A stretch of DNA of 64,000 bases from Eledone cirrhosa (taxonomy: Eukaryota). Below are positions 13,201 to 24,739 of this stretch, in pieces. Where the stretch lies: contig OZ024757.1 of assembly GCA_964016885.1 (NCBI GenBank), forward strand, positions 4,464,001 to 4,528,000. Reading direction: 5' to 3'. The first letter of the stretch is position 1. Every line of letters starts with the position of its first letter. Below the pieces are notes generated by a model that was given only the letters and a program-made list of their open reading frames with translations, did not search any database and was not told the DNA's origin. The position numbers and the translations under genes are program-made.

Positions 13201-16200
13201 AGGTACCGATTGGATTTCCCGAATGTGCCAATGTGGACTTGGACAAACCGCATAGGGTCATCCAGATCATATCTAGATAGAGTATTTTATAGGGAAATAG
13301 ATAGGTCTAGCATAGGCTGTCCACAATTCAAGATAGTCAGCTACACGGACAACAAATTCGTGATTTGTGTGCTTGACTTAGATAGGCTTCATAGACGAGG
13401 ACCCGGCTACTGGAAGCTAAACGCATCCTTACCAGCGCGCAAAGCCCACAGAGACCGGATGATTAGCGAACTAGTTAAGCGGGCGTTGACGGGGGCCATC
13501 GTCAACAACAAGTGGTGGTTGGCTCTGAAAAGAGCGATTAGAATAGAGTCCATTAGGTTTAGTAAGGCTTTAGCAATAGAGAAAAATAGAGCAGAGGGGA
13601 ACTAGTTAGAAAATTAGACGAGGCGCTTAGCAAAGGCATCGCGACCGACGTACTTGCGCGAAATTGGCCCTTAACCAATTCTTCAATGCAAAGCATGAAG
13701 GCTGCGTTGTCAGAGCTAGGGTGCGTGCTCTCAGACAGGAGGGGACGAAAGCCGTTCAATGGGCCCGAGTGGCGGAGGCGCGTCGTGGCAACAAAGCCAC
13801 GATCCGGTCTTTGGTGGACCACGACGGGCGCTTGCTACTCGATCCCGGGCAAATGTGTGAAGCTTTTCAGCGACACTTCGCTCAGCTGTTCGGGGGCAGC
13901 GGCGGGCCGGATCGAGGGATGGACTTTAGTGTCTACCTCGACGGTCTGCCCTATGAACTTTACGTACAGATTCCAGACTTGTTCGGAGGCTTCTTGGCGG
14001 ACGTCTACTGCAACTGGCAACAGAATGGAAGAATTCCCAGCTCTGTGAGCCGAGGAGCGGTGGCGCTGATGAGAAAGGATCCGAACAAGGGGGATAACAT
14101 AGATAATTTCAGGCCCATAACTCTGCTAAACACAGAGTTCAAGATTTTGGCCATGGTGCTAGCAAAGAGGTTGGCGCTTGTCGTTGGTGGTCTGGTGGGA
14201 GAGGCGCAGACATGCGCCATTCCCGACAGATCCATCCACGACAACCTCCACCTCATGCGATACATCGTAGAGAGGGTAGCTATGGAACCTGGCACGGGTG
14301 GGTCCTTGATCAATTTAGATCAGTCGAAAGCTTTCAATAGGGTCGACCATCGTTACCTAGTGGCAGCCCTGAGGGCGGCTGGCTTTGGGCCCGTCTTCAG
14401 AGGCTGGATCGCTGCCATGCACAGCGACATCTGCTCTGTGGTGAGAGTGAACGGTCACCTTTCGGAACCGTTCAACATCATGCGCTCGGTCCGCCAAGGA
14501 TGTCCCCTCTCGTCCCTCTTGTACGTACTGACTCTCGAGCCATTACTGCACAAACTGGAGACGTTGAGGGGGAACCCGCGCGAACTAGGACGCGGAAGAT
14601 CCGTGTCAGCATATGCGGATGATGTCACCGTAGTGGTGTCGAACGCCAAACGCATCGAGGCGATCGGCACTACACTAAGAGAATACGAAGCGGTGACAGG
14701 AGCAATGATCAACCAGGAAAAGTCAGTAGGCCTGCAGCTCGGCCCCTGGAGAGGCAGGTCCATGCCGTCCAACAGCGTTGTCGGGCGCTGGACAGGCGGA
14801 CCGGTTAAATTGCTAGGGGTCTGGTTCGGTCCGGACCTCCAGACGGACTAAAACTGGGACGAGGTGACGAGCAGGGTGGCTTCTCTCACCCAGAAATGGG
14901 CGGAGAGGAAGCTATCCCTGAAAGGTCAAGCGGAGGTGGCTAACGCGTACATCGCGTCCGTCATCTACTACCGCCTGACCGTCGTACCTTGTCCTAAGCC
15001 CCGCCTGACTGCGCTGGAGCGTTTGTTCTTTCGCTTTTTGTGGAAGGCACGCGCTCCGATGGCCAGGCGGTCCATCTGCTGTCAACACCTGCTACGTGGA
15101 GGGCTGGGCATGTCGTGGCTGATCATGCGCAGACACGCGCTCAGGCTACGACAACTCCACCTCTTCCTCGACGGTGATCAGGTGTGGTCGCCGTTTGCTA
15201 GACGCGTCTTTCCCCAGCTCGACTCCTTGATGGAGCTGCTGTCCTGGGTCAATCGAAGATGAGATGGAGCCCTTGGAGACTGGAATGTCTTCAGGCGCTC
15301 ATAGCCCTCGACCAATCGAGCAATGTGATCGGTGAGAAACTCCACCTTGGCGTTCTATAGAGGATTAGTGGAGGGGAAGAGCGACGACGTACTTGGGGAA
15401 ACTATAGGCGTCGACGAAAATCAACTAGCCAATGGGCCTATGGACAACTTCCAGAAATCCCTGGCCTAGCAGTGCTACCGAGGAGCTTTGCCAGTTCGGG
15501 ATAAACTCTACAGGCATGGAGGTGCCATCAGCCGGGCATGTCCGAGATGTGCGCAGGGCGACGAAACCGTCCTGCACGCACTCGTCCAGTGTCCGAGAAT
15601 TGCTGACTTGTGGGTTTATGTTGAACACCTGCTGTAGCGTGTAGGACGGATCCGGCTATCAGCTGAGTCCATCGTGAGGATTGCCCCGCCCTCTTCCTTT
15701 AGCCAGGAAGGGCAGGCAGTTTTTATCTGTCTGGTGGCCATGGCGAAAGAGATAGTATGGTGGACACTTTTGAAAGGGCTGAAGACGAGCACTGACCTCT
15801 TCGGTGATGCCCTGATTAACTTTTTCAAATTTCATTTGAAAAGGAACATCAGGGTAGAGAGGGAAGTGCTCTCTTCCCAGCATTTTGTTGAAAGATGGGT
15901 GATAGAGGCAAGAATGGACCGAGTGAATGGGCCTACTCTGAGTATGTGTCTGTAAATTAAAGGTGGAAAACTGGGAGAGAGCAGTTGCCCTGGTGGTCAG
16001 GGTCACTGTGGCCTTTTAATGGGCTTTCTCCACAAATGTCCCTCAGAAGTCTCCCCCCTATTGGGGAATTTTTCATTGTTATTTTTATTACATCCTCTGT
16101 TTTTGTTTTTTACAAGCCGAAATGCCCATTTGTACCGTCCTGTATTGTCCTGTACTATCCTTAATGTCTACTTTATGTAAACCCTTGTGGTTAATAAAGA

Positions 16201-16203
16201 AAG
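10279..16203 (+). mobile_element. Near full-length Tx1-clade LINE (ORF1 with CCHC knuckle; ORF2 APE-RT-zinc finger), disrupted
   Basis: ORF1 fragments 10481-12638 include CVVCGEGTHLRAFC. ORF2 fragments 12712-15955 contain APE motifs, RT (NFRPITLLN, LDQSKAF, RQGCPLS, AYADD) and a C-terminal CPRC..ETVLHALVQC. AATAAA then (TTA)n at the 3' end. Confidence 0.92.
12173..12355 (+). mobile_element. tRNA-related SINE inserted in Tx1 ORF1
   Basis: B-box-like GAGTTCAAATCC. Central GCCTTTCATCC..GGGGTCGATAAAAT..GTACCAG domain shared with other copies here. 16-bp TSD ATTAAATTTGAACAAC at 12157-12172 and 12356-12371. Confidence 0.88.
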
Positions 16204-16267
16204 TATTATTATTATTATTTTTATTATTATTTTTATTTATTATTATTATCATTATTATTGTTCTATT

Positions 16268-16390
16268 ATTACATCCTCTGTTTTTTGTTTTTTTTACACG
16301 CAGAAATGCCCTTTTGTACCGTCCTGTATTGTCCTGTACTGTCCTTAATGTCTACTTTATATAAACCCTTGTGGTTAATAAAGAAAACAT
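16268..16390 (+). mobile_element. Extra copy of the Tx1 3'-terminal ~120 bp
   Basis: Near-identical to 16087-16203, separated from it by a degenerate (TTA)n tract and followed by (TTA)n. Confidence 0.8.
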
Positions 16391-16407
16391 TATTATTATT
16401 ATTATTA

Positions 16408-18023
16408 GTCTCAGTAATTGATGTTAGTTAACTGGAAAGTTTGTTGAAATGAATATCAAGCCACTACCTGCTGCCTCAGATATTCAGGACGTATCGGAGG
16501 GTTCTTGCTGTTCCCAGCAAGCATGCCTTTTGAAGCGTTCCAAAAAGCGTGAAGGGGCCAATTTTCTTTAACTATCCCTGGAAACTTTTTGAGATAGTCC
16601 CTAGTGCGCCTATGACAATCGGGATCACTTTGACTTCATGGCAGTTCCAAACCCTTTTTACCTCCCACTTTAAGTCCTGGTATCGGTTAATTTTCTCCCT
16701 CTCCTTCTCTTGCACTCTCGTGTCGAATGGGCAGGCCACATCCACAATCAGGCACGATCTTTTTTCTTTGTCCACAACCACCAGGTCAGGTCTATTGTGT
16801 TCCAGTTTCTTGTCCGTCTGTATCCTAAAATCCCACAGCACCTTCACCTGATCGCTTTCTATCACCGACTCTGGCCTATGCTCATACCACTTCTCAGAAT
16901 GTGGTAAATTGTTTACTTTGCATAGGTGCCAGTGGATCACCCTGCCCATCACATCATGTCTCCAGCCCTTATAGTGAGTCTGGGCTAGGTGTTTACACTC
17001 GGATACAAAGTGAGTCACAGTCTCCTCTCTCTCTCTCCACAGATCCTGCACAGTGGGCTAGCCTCCTCCTTGTAAATATGGTGTTTCAACCACTTCGTTT
17101 TGAGCGCCTGCTCCTGCACAACCATTAACATTCTTTCTGTAGCCTTTTTGAGGTCTCCTCTTCTCAACCAGTTCCATGTCTGTGGATATCTAAATTCAGT
17201 TTTCTCAAAGAAGGTACTATGAAGGGATTTTTCATGAAGGCTGCTCTTTCTCCTCGATGTTATTTCCTCCTTGGACATCCCCTGGCCTATTGTCCCCTCC
17301 TTCAGTACAGTTCTGAGCATTGGCTCCTTACTATCAGTCACGTATTTGTGTAGGTTGTTTTTCTCCACCTGAACACAGTCCTCTATGCTGATAAGACCTC
17401 TTCCATCTTCAGATCTCCTTAAGTAGAGTCTATCGACATCACTCCTCTTGTGGAACATGTTGTAGATAGTCAATAGCTTCCTAGTCTTCCTATCCATTTC
17501 TTTTTGTTCAGCAACATTCCATCTCAGAATTCCCGCACTGTACCTAATAATAGACACAGCATGGGAATTTACTGCACTTATGGCATCTTCAGATGTGACT
17601 TTAATACGCTCCTTACTCTCCGAATGTATTCAGTTCTTATCAATTCCTTCATTTTTTTGTTCTTGATGTCATCAGCTTCCAGAACATCCAAATACTTGTA
17701 TCCTTCTTCAGAGTCAATTTCCTTTATCATCCCACCTGTTGGTACCTGGATTCCGTTACTTCTGCTCAACTTACCCCTCTTCATCACAATGACTCCACAC
17801 TTACTAATACCAAATTGCATACATATATCACTGCTGAAAATACGGACAGTGTCAACAAGCACATCCAACTCCTTCTCACTCTTCCCGAAGAGCTTAAGAT
17901 CGTCCATGAAGAGGAGGTGATAGATGGTAAGCCCTCCCTTTCCCAACCTGTATCCTGCTCTCACTTTTCGCAGTACACTGGTCAGGGGCATCAGGGCAAG
18001 GACAAACAACAGAGGGGACAGAC
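16408..18023 (-). mobile_element. R4/Dong-clade family A, second 5'-truncated copy with frameshifts
   Basis: Closely matches 4103-5720 (LFMDD, RHD, NRPD). Flanked by (TAA)n. Confidence 0.9.
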
Positions 18024-18064
<41 letters not shown>

Positions 18065-18189
18065 CTTATATTAAATTATAATTACACTTATAATTACACT
18101 CCTTATTCCTCACATACTGAAACTGTTGACTTTCTTTAAATAACGTCTTCCTTGTGAAATTTGTGGTCTTGTCTTTGCTTAACTAATGA

Positions 18190-18285
18190 ATATATATATA
18201 CATATATATATATACATATACATATATACATATACATATACATATACAGATATATATACATATACATATATATATATACATATAC

Positions 18286-18339
<54 letters not shown>

Positions 18340-18469
18340 ATATATACATATACATATATATACATATACATATATATCTATATGTATACCTATATATACA
18401 CATATATATATACACATATATATACATATGCATATATACACATATATATATATACATATATATATATAT
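18190..18469. repeat. (TA)n/(TACA) microsatellite
   Basis: Direct reading. Confidence 0.95.
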
Positions 18470-19387
18470 CAAAATAATGATCCGAAGGCATGGAATAAAT
18501 TTCCTATCATTTTAATCACGACACCGTTGTCCCGTTGAGAATCTGAGTCCCCGAGTCTGTGCGTGCAAGCACCCGCCATGTAAGCCAACAAGGGACTCCA
18601 TGTAGGGTTGGTATTTGAGTTAAGGTGTCAGTGTGTGCGTTTTCCCGTCATATGGGCCCTCGGGCCTTTAAAATAAATATTTGAGTGGTGGAGGTGTCTT
18701 ACCCAACACAAATTAAAATAACAAAACTCCGGGGATGTGTGTAAGCCCATTGATGGCGTGTAGGTAGTATTGTCCATTCAGCAACTGTGAGCACTCCATG
18801 GTTAGAGGATCACAGACCAAAACCCTAGTGTAGTATTCAATCGATAAAATCGTGACTGGTCATAACTGTGGGAACTCCGTGTCTAAAGAAACCGGGCACT
18901 GTGTAGAATTTTATATAAGGAGCGTAATCCTTCTTAACTGAGTGTGTAATACGTCTATTTACTAACTGAGAGAACTTTATGGTTAGGGTATTCTAAAGTA
19001 ATGGTGAATGTGCGTAATCGGTCTTAACTGCGTGTGTAATTGTTCCAACCATTTACTAACTAGGTATTCTAAAGTAATGGTAAATGTGCACTCAGCTGTG
19101 AGAACTCTGTGGAAACATACCGAGTACAGTGTGTGAGTGCGCAAGCGATCTTAACTGTCTACTACCTGAGTGTGTGATTGTCTATTTTTTGCTATTTGAG
19201 AGAACTCTATGGCTAAGGTAAAAAGGGTGGAGTTATTGGTAGGTTACTTTCTAAAAATCTTGAGGAAGGTGTTGAAAAATTTCGCTCTCCTATTGATTAG
19301 TAGGGGGGCCGCCTCTAATTATATTAAAGGTTTCAGCTATACATAAATTACTATTACAGCTATACATAAATTACTACTACTCTCCAA

Positions 19388-20230
19388 CTCTTCTAGGTAA
19401 GGCCCTTAACTTTGCTAGCTTACACACCGACTTTACATCGGAAGAAATTAACATTATTCTCCTAACTAGGAAAACCTTAATTGAGTTCAACGGAGACTTG
19501 TGGACTAGGAGAGACTGGCCGGACAATTTTGACATAACCATGGGATCCACGGACTCGGCCCAGGTGACGGATCTTGTGGGCCTCTACATCCTCGACTGTC
19601 TTGGAGTGGAAATGCCCCACTTGGGAGGTGGGGCTTACCGTGACGACGTTTTGTTTATTGTGTCGTTCTTCATAATAATAGTATGGTACAGAGGGTGAGC
19701 AAAAAACTAAGAAAATTCTTCAACAACATAGACTTAAGTATAGTGTTCGAAGAAAACCCGAAGATAGTTAATTTTCTAGATGTTACACTTAACCTCAATT
19801 CAGGACTCTTCCAACCCTACCACAAACCCAACGAGAATTTAAATTATGTCAACGCCAAATCGAACCACCCTAGAATAGTCACTAACGGTATTACAAAAAG
19901 TGTCTCTAGTAGAATTTCAGGACTATCTTCCAATGAAGATACATTTGATAGGATCTCATATTACTATAATAGCGCCCTGGAACGCGCGGAACATAGCGAG
20001 GGAATCTCATTCAAACGTCCATTAAATAGTAGTAGGAACATTGTCTGCGATAGCTTAGGCCAAAATAGTGACACTTTAGTTAACAGCAGGCGGGAGGCGA
20101 AGGAGGATCAATATAGATTTCATTTTGTATTGCCTCCTAGTCCCAATGACGTGGGTACCAATGAGAATAACCACCCAGATACAAACACGGTGTCTGAGCA
20201 CCGTACAGCCAGCGGCAACTTTAATTATAA
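19388..20230 (+). mobile_element. Penelope-like RT fragment, degenerate
   Basis: FDITMGSTDSAQVTDLVGLYIL, YRDD, VNFLDVTLNL, PYHKPN..YVN..SNHP: PLE RT core and thumb motifs. Confidence 0.85.
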
Positions 20231-20232
20231 CC

Positions 20233-23200
20233 TTAACTGCAGGATCTAGTTGCAGTAGTTGACCTCTTCGGTTCAGCTCTACCAAGTCAAATTTTTCCGG
20301 CATTTCCTTGTATGCAGTAAACCAGTCTCCTATAAAAACTTATGGACAAATATCTTTATCATTGGACCTAGCTTTGCGTCGTTTTCAAATGGATTTTCAT
20401 CGTTGCGGACCTATTTCATCCTATTCTCGATGCTGATTTTTTACACCACTATGCACTGTTATTAGATATCAGGAGACAGACACTTGTGGGTGGTACCACA
20501 TCCTTATCTACGCCTGCTCGTAGGTCTATTGCTACTGTCATAAGTCCTGCGTGTTTTATAGCTGCCTCTGGAAACCAGCTTCATTCACTTCTTGCCTCGT
20601 TTGCCGAGTTAACTGACATTTCATTTAAACCGAATCAAGCAGTCCACTCGACTCGACATTTTATTACAACAACTGCTCCGCCTGTTTTCTCTCGTCCACG
20701 TAGGTTGGCTCCGGCAGGCTAAAGAAAGCCAGGGATGAGTTCGAACACATGCTTCAGCTTGGTCTTATACGACCGTCAACCAGCCCATGGGCATCTCCGC
20801 TTCATTTGGCTCGTAAGGGTGAGGCGAATTTTAGACCTGAGGGAGATTATAGACGACTTAATGCTTTCACTGCACCTGATCCTTATCCTCTACCAAATTT
20901 ACAGGGTTTTTCATCCGCTCTGCATGGATGCAAGATATTTTCTAAAATAGATATGGTACGGGCTTATCATCAAATACCCTTGCATTCAGAAGACATACCA
21001 AAAACAGTTGTGACCATCTCCTTTTGGTTCGTTTGAATTTCTGTCCATGCCTTTTGGTTTGCGGAATGCCTCTAGTACGTTCCAACGTTTTATCGATGAA
21101 GTCACACGTGGATTGGCTTTCGTATTTGCTTACGTAGATGATCTCCTGATAGCCAGTGATTCAACTGAGCACCATCAACATCTATCCCAGTTATTTCAAC
21201 GTCTCCAATCGTACCAAATCAGAATCAACCCAGCTAAATGTGTGTTTGGTACAGATTCACTGGAATTCCTTGGACATCTTATAGATTCAGAAGGCATTCG
21301 TCCTTTGCCATCTAAGGTAGAAGCGATTCAGCATATTGCATCACTAACATCCTTGAGAAAATTACACCATTTCTTGGCATTAATTAACTTTTATCGTCGT
21401 TTCATTCCTAACTGTGCGGACAAGTTGTTCCCCTTGACACAGTTTTTAAAGGCTGCAAAAAAGAAAGATGCTCCTATTTCACTTTCTGCCGATGCATTGC
21501 AGTCTTTTGAATCCGTCAAGTCTGAGCTAGCTGAAGTTTCCTTCCTTGCCCATCCTGTTGCAAACACGAGACTTTCCTTATATGTTGATGCATCCGATCA
21601 TGCTGTTGGTGCAGTTTTGCAACATGCGATCGATCACCAGGTTCAACCACTCGCGTTTTTCTCACGCCAACTAAAACCAGCAGAGCAACAGTACAGCACT
21701 TTTGACAGCGATTTATCTTGCTGTGAGACATTTCCACCATCTTCTTGAAGGTCGGGAGTTCATGGTATTCACAGACCATAAACCTCTCACATTCGCTCTT
21801 CAAACCAAATCCGACAGGTACTCTCCGAGAGCGTATAGGCATCTGGATCTCATCTCCCAGTATACCAGTGACATTCGTCATATAGCTGGAACTGCCAAAA
21901 TACCTGCGGACGCACTATCTCGACTTTCTGTGTGTTCTTTTGCGTCTCCTGCACACATCTATTTGGTTGCCATAGCAACTGACCAACCTACTTTGGATTC
22001 GATGAACATTTCTTCTACCCAACTTTCCTGCTGTAAGTTTGATTATTTACCCCTTCCATCTGCTGAAGGAAAAGTTTTTTGCGATATTTCTACTGGATCA
22101 CCCAGACCGTTTGTTCCGGATTGTCATCAGTGTACCGTTTTTGATGCACTTCATTCCTTGTCATATCCTGGCATAGCTGCCACGGTGAAGCTTATTACGG
22201 CTCGATTCTTCTGGCCTAATATGCGTCGTTTAATCACCAGTTGGGCACGTTCTTGTTTGAAGTGTCAGCGCTCTAAGATTTATCGGCATGTCCGCGCTCC
22301 TCTTGGGAAATTCAGCCCGCCAGACGCACGTTTCCGTCATATTCACATGGATATTGTTGGTCCGTGGCCCGTTAGTCATGGGTTCACATATATATTGACT
22401 TGTATCGATCGTTTCTCTCGGTGGTCTGAAGCTATACCCCTAGTCGACATAACAGCAGAGTCCGTTGCCCGAGCTTTCATTTCCAATTGGATTGCTCGCT
22501 TTGGTGTTCCTACTAAAATAACTACGGATTGTGGACGCCAATTTGAGGCTTCCTTATTTCGTGAAATATCACGACTCTTGGGTGCTTATCACATTCATAC
22601 GACCAGCTATCACCCAGCCCCTAATGGAATGTTCGAGAGGTTTCATAGACAGTTGAAAGCTGCACTCGCGCTACTCCTGATCCGCAACGTTGGACCGAAT
22701 TTTTGCCAATCGTGCTTCTTGGTTGTCGTTCTGCCATTAAGACAGATTTAGGTTTTTCTTCTGCTGAACTTCTTTATGGTAGCACATTGTCTCTTCCTGG
22801 ACAAATGTTAGCACCAGTGGATTCATCACATCTTGACCCAGCATTGTATTTCTCGGATCTTCCACCGATGAACCCTCGTGACCAGTCTATTTCTTCTGAT
22901 GTCCCATCGGACATCTCTACGTTGACACACATTTTCATACGGAATGATTCCGTCAAGGAACCGCTTACATCACCCTAGTGGAATTAACAAACTTCCTTTT
23001 CAGTTTCAGATAGAACTAGTGTCAGAAAGTCTGCACACTAGTAATGGATGAACTATTTGACTTTGAAAAACATTGATTTTACCATTGAGCATCAATTTTC
23101 TCTGCTCCTTTGTATTGACTATGATTTATCAATTGTTACAATCAGACATATTCTTTGTAAAATGAATTACTTGTTCTTGTTTTGTGCTCATTTTTCCTAT

Positions 23201-23766
23201 TTGCTTGCTCATGTTTTTTTTTATTCATTTATTCTCTTGTACCTTTTGTTTTGCTCCTCATTTCTTACGGGTTCTCGATACAATGATCTTCGATTGGTTA
23301 TTCGACTTCTCGAGGGGAGTCTTGTAGCGCTCTCTAGACAAGGGAAGTAGATAGAGTTACTTCCCGTTGAAATTCTAGAACCTTCCTTCTAACTTCCGGT
23401 CAAGGGATTATAAAAGAGGGAACTCAAATCCAACTTCCTCTTTTTGGCGGCTTTCCTCACACTGATCACATCGAGCGCAAGCATGATAATCTTTTTTCAA
23501 CACCATCTCATGGTTCAGGATTATGCCACGTTATGCCACGAGGATATTTGTTTACCACCTTTGTAACATGTACTACAATAAATGCAAGTTTATATTTGAT
23601 ACTCGTTTTGAGAAACTCGTTACGTTTTCAGTCATTACTTCTAGTAGTGAGAGATAATTCTCGCACGGCCTGGCCTGATATTGTATGAAAATTCTCCTCT
23701 CTCATATTTCGATTAAATTTAGTAGTTGGGATCCGGTGGTGCTTACTGGAGTAAGTAACCCTGGGA

Positions 23767-23770
<4 letters not shown>
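20233..23770 (+). mobile_element. Ty3/Gypsy LTR retrotransposon relic (PR-RT-RNaseH-IN plus 3' LTR; gag and 5' LTR absent)
   Basis: Protease C-terminus (ILDADFL), RT (SPWASPLHL, MPFGLRNA, YVDD), RNase H (DAS, TDHKPL) and integrase (H..PG, C..CQ, HMDIVGP, IDRFSRW, YHP..NG..ER) in Gypsy order. Purine tract before the LTR. Confidence 0.92.
23322..23770 (+). repeat. Gypsy LTR (~450 bp)
   Basis: Starts TGT after PPT-like GAGGGGAG. Contains TATAAAA and AATAAA. The second copy at 28349-28794 has perfect TGTGG..CCACA ends. Followed by (TA)n. Confidence 0.85.
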
Positions 23771-23809
<39 letters not shown>

Positions 23810-23810
<1 letters not shown>

Positions 23811-24020
23811 GTGGGAAAGTAAAAAATCGGAGAATAGACCGTTAAAACATGTTTATTTAAAATATCACCTACGTACGTTTCGCCCAGTTGGGCTTCTCAA
23901 AGGCATAAATAATCACAAGTGTTCCTTATATAGTTCGGAAAGAGTTTTGGGGGTTAAATCTACATCAAGATTCATTGCTCGCAAAAATATCTTGTTTTGA
24001 TTTTGCAGCAGGTCAAGGGA
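23810..24020 (-). mobile_element. 3' tip of another Penelope-like element
   Basis: Minus-strand peptide end AMNLDVDLTPKTLSELYKEHL*, then a hammerhead-like motif and AATAAA, ending at (TA)n. Confidence 0.5.
23866..23905 (-). ncRNA. Candidate minimal hammerhead ribozyme (U3-A8 core variant)
   Basis: Minus strand: TTGAGAA-GCCCA-ac-TGGGC-GAAAC-gtac-GTA. Palindromic stem III (ACGTACGT). Stem I is weak. Confidence 0.55.
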
Positions 24021-24024
24021 GTGT

Positions 24025-24739
24025 CATGTTGCCAATAAGAAACACACGCACCAGTTGATTAACTCCAATTTATTATAAATAAAAAAATTAAAAAAATGTT
24101 TTTCATTTTTTAATTTTATTTTATAAATTTCCGGTTGGTTGGTTCTACAACCGGACGGTTGTTCATATATTGTCAAAGTTCTTTTGTCACACATTCTGTG
24201 ACCTCTTCGGTGACTGGGATTCTTTTCTTTGTTTTGTGCCTCTCCCTTGTTCTGTCCTACGCCATCTTGTTTTTGTGTGCGTTGTGTGCTTAGTTTGCGC
24301 ATGTATTACATCCGGGTGTCTGTGTGTGTTTTTATTTGTTTATTTATTTGTTTATTTACATGTCACTGGTTGGTTGTTTGTTCTATGTGTGTGTGTGTTT
24401 TCATTTTGTCCTTAATTGTAAGTTGTGATGTTGCTATTCCATTCATCTTTTCTATTTAATTTTGGTTGGAGTTCATTTATGTTTATTGCCTCTGTGATTT
24501 GTCTAAACATTGCGTCTTTTCTGTGTGTAGATTCTATTTTTATTTCTATGTTCTCTAATTTGCCCTTATGTTCTATTTTAGCATGTTGGTGGAGTATTGA
24601 TGATTCTTTTTTATCTTGAAGCTCTCGCCAGTGTTCATTTAACCGTTCTCCTATACTACGAGCTGTCTCACCTATGTACACTATATTCTTATCTTTACAT
24701 TGTCTTTCAGTACATCTTATGCTATATATTACATTTCTA
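24025..24739 (-). repeat. Inverted terminal repeat (pLTR) of Naiad-like element 1
   Basis: Reverse complement of about 27618-28290. Encodes the same GIY-YIG C-terminus (ORF 24412-24822). Confidence 0.9.
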
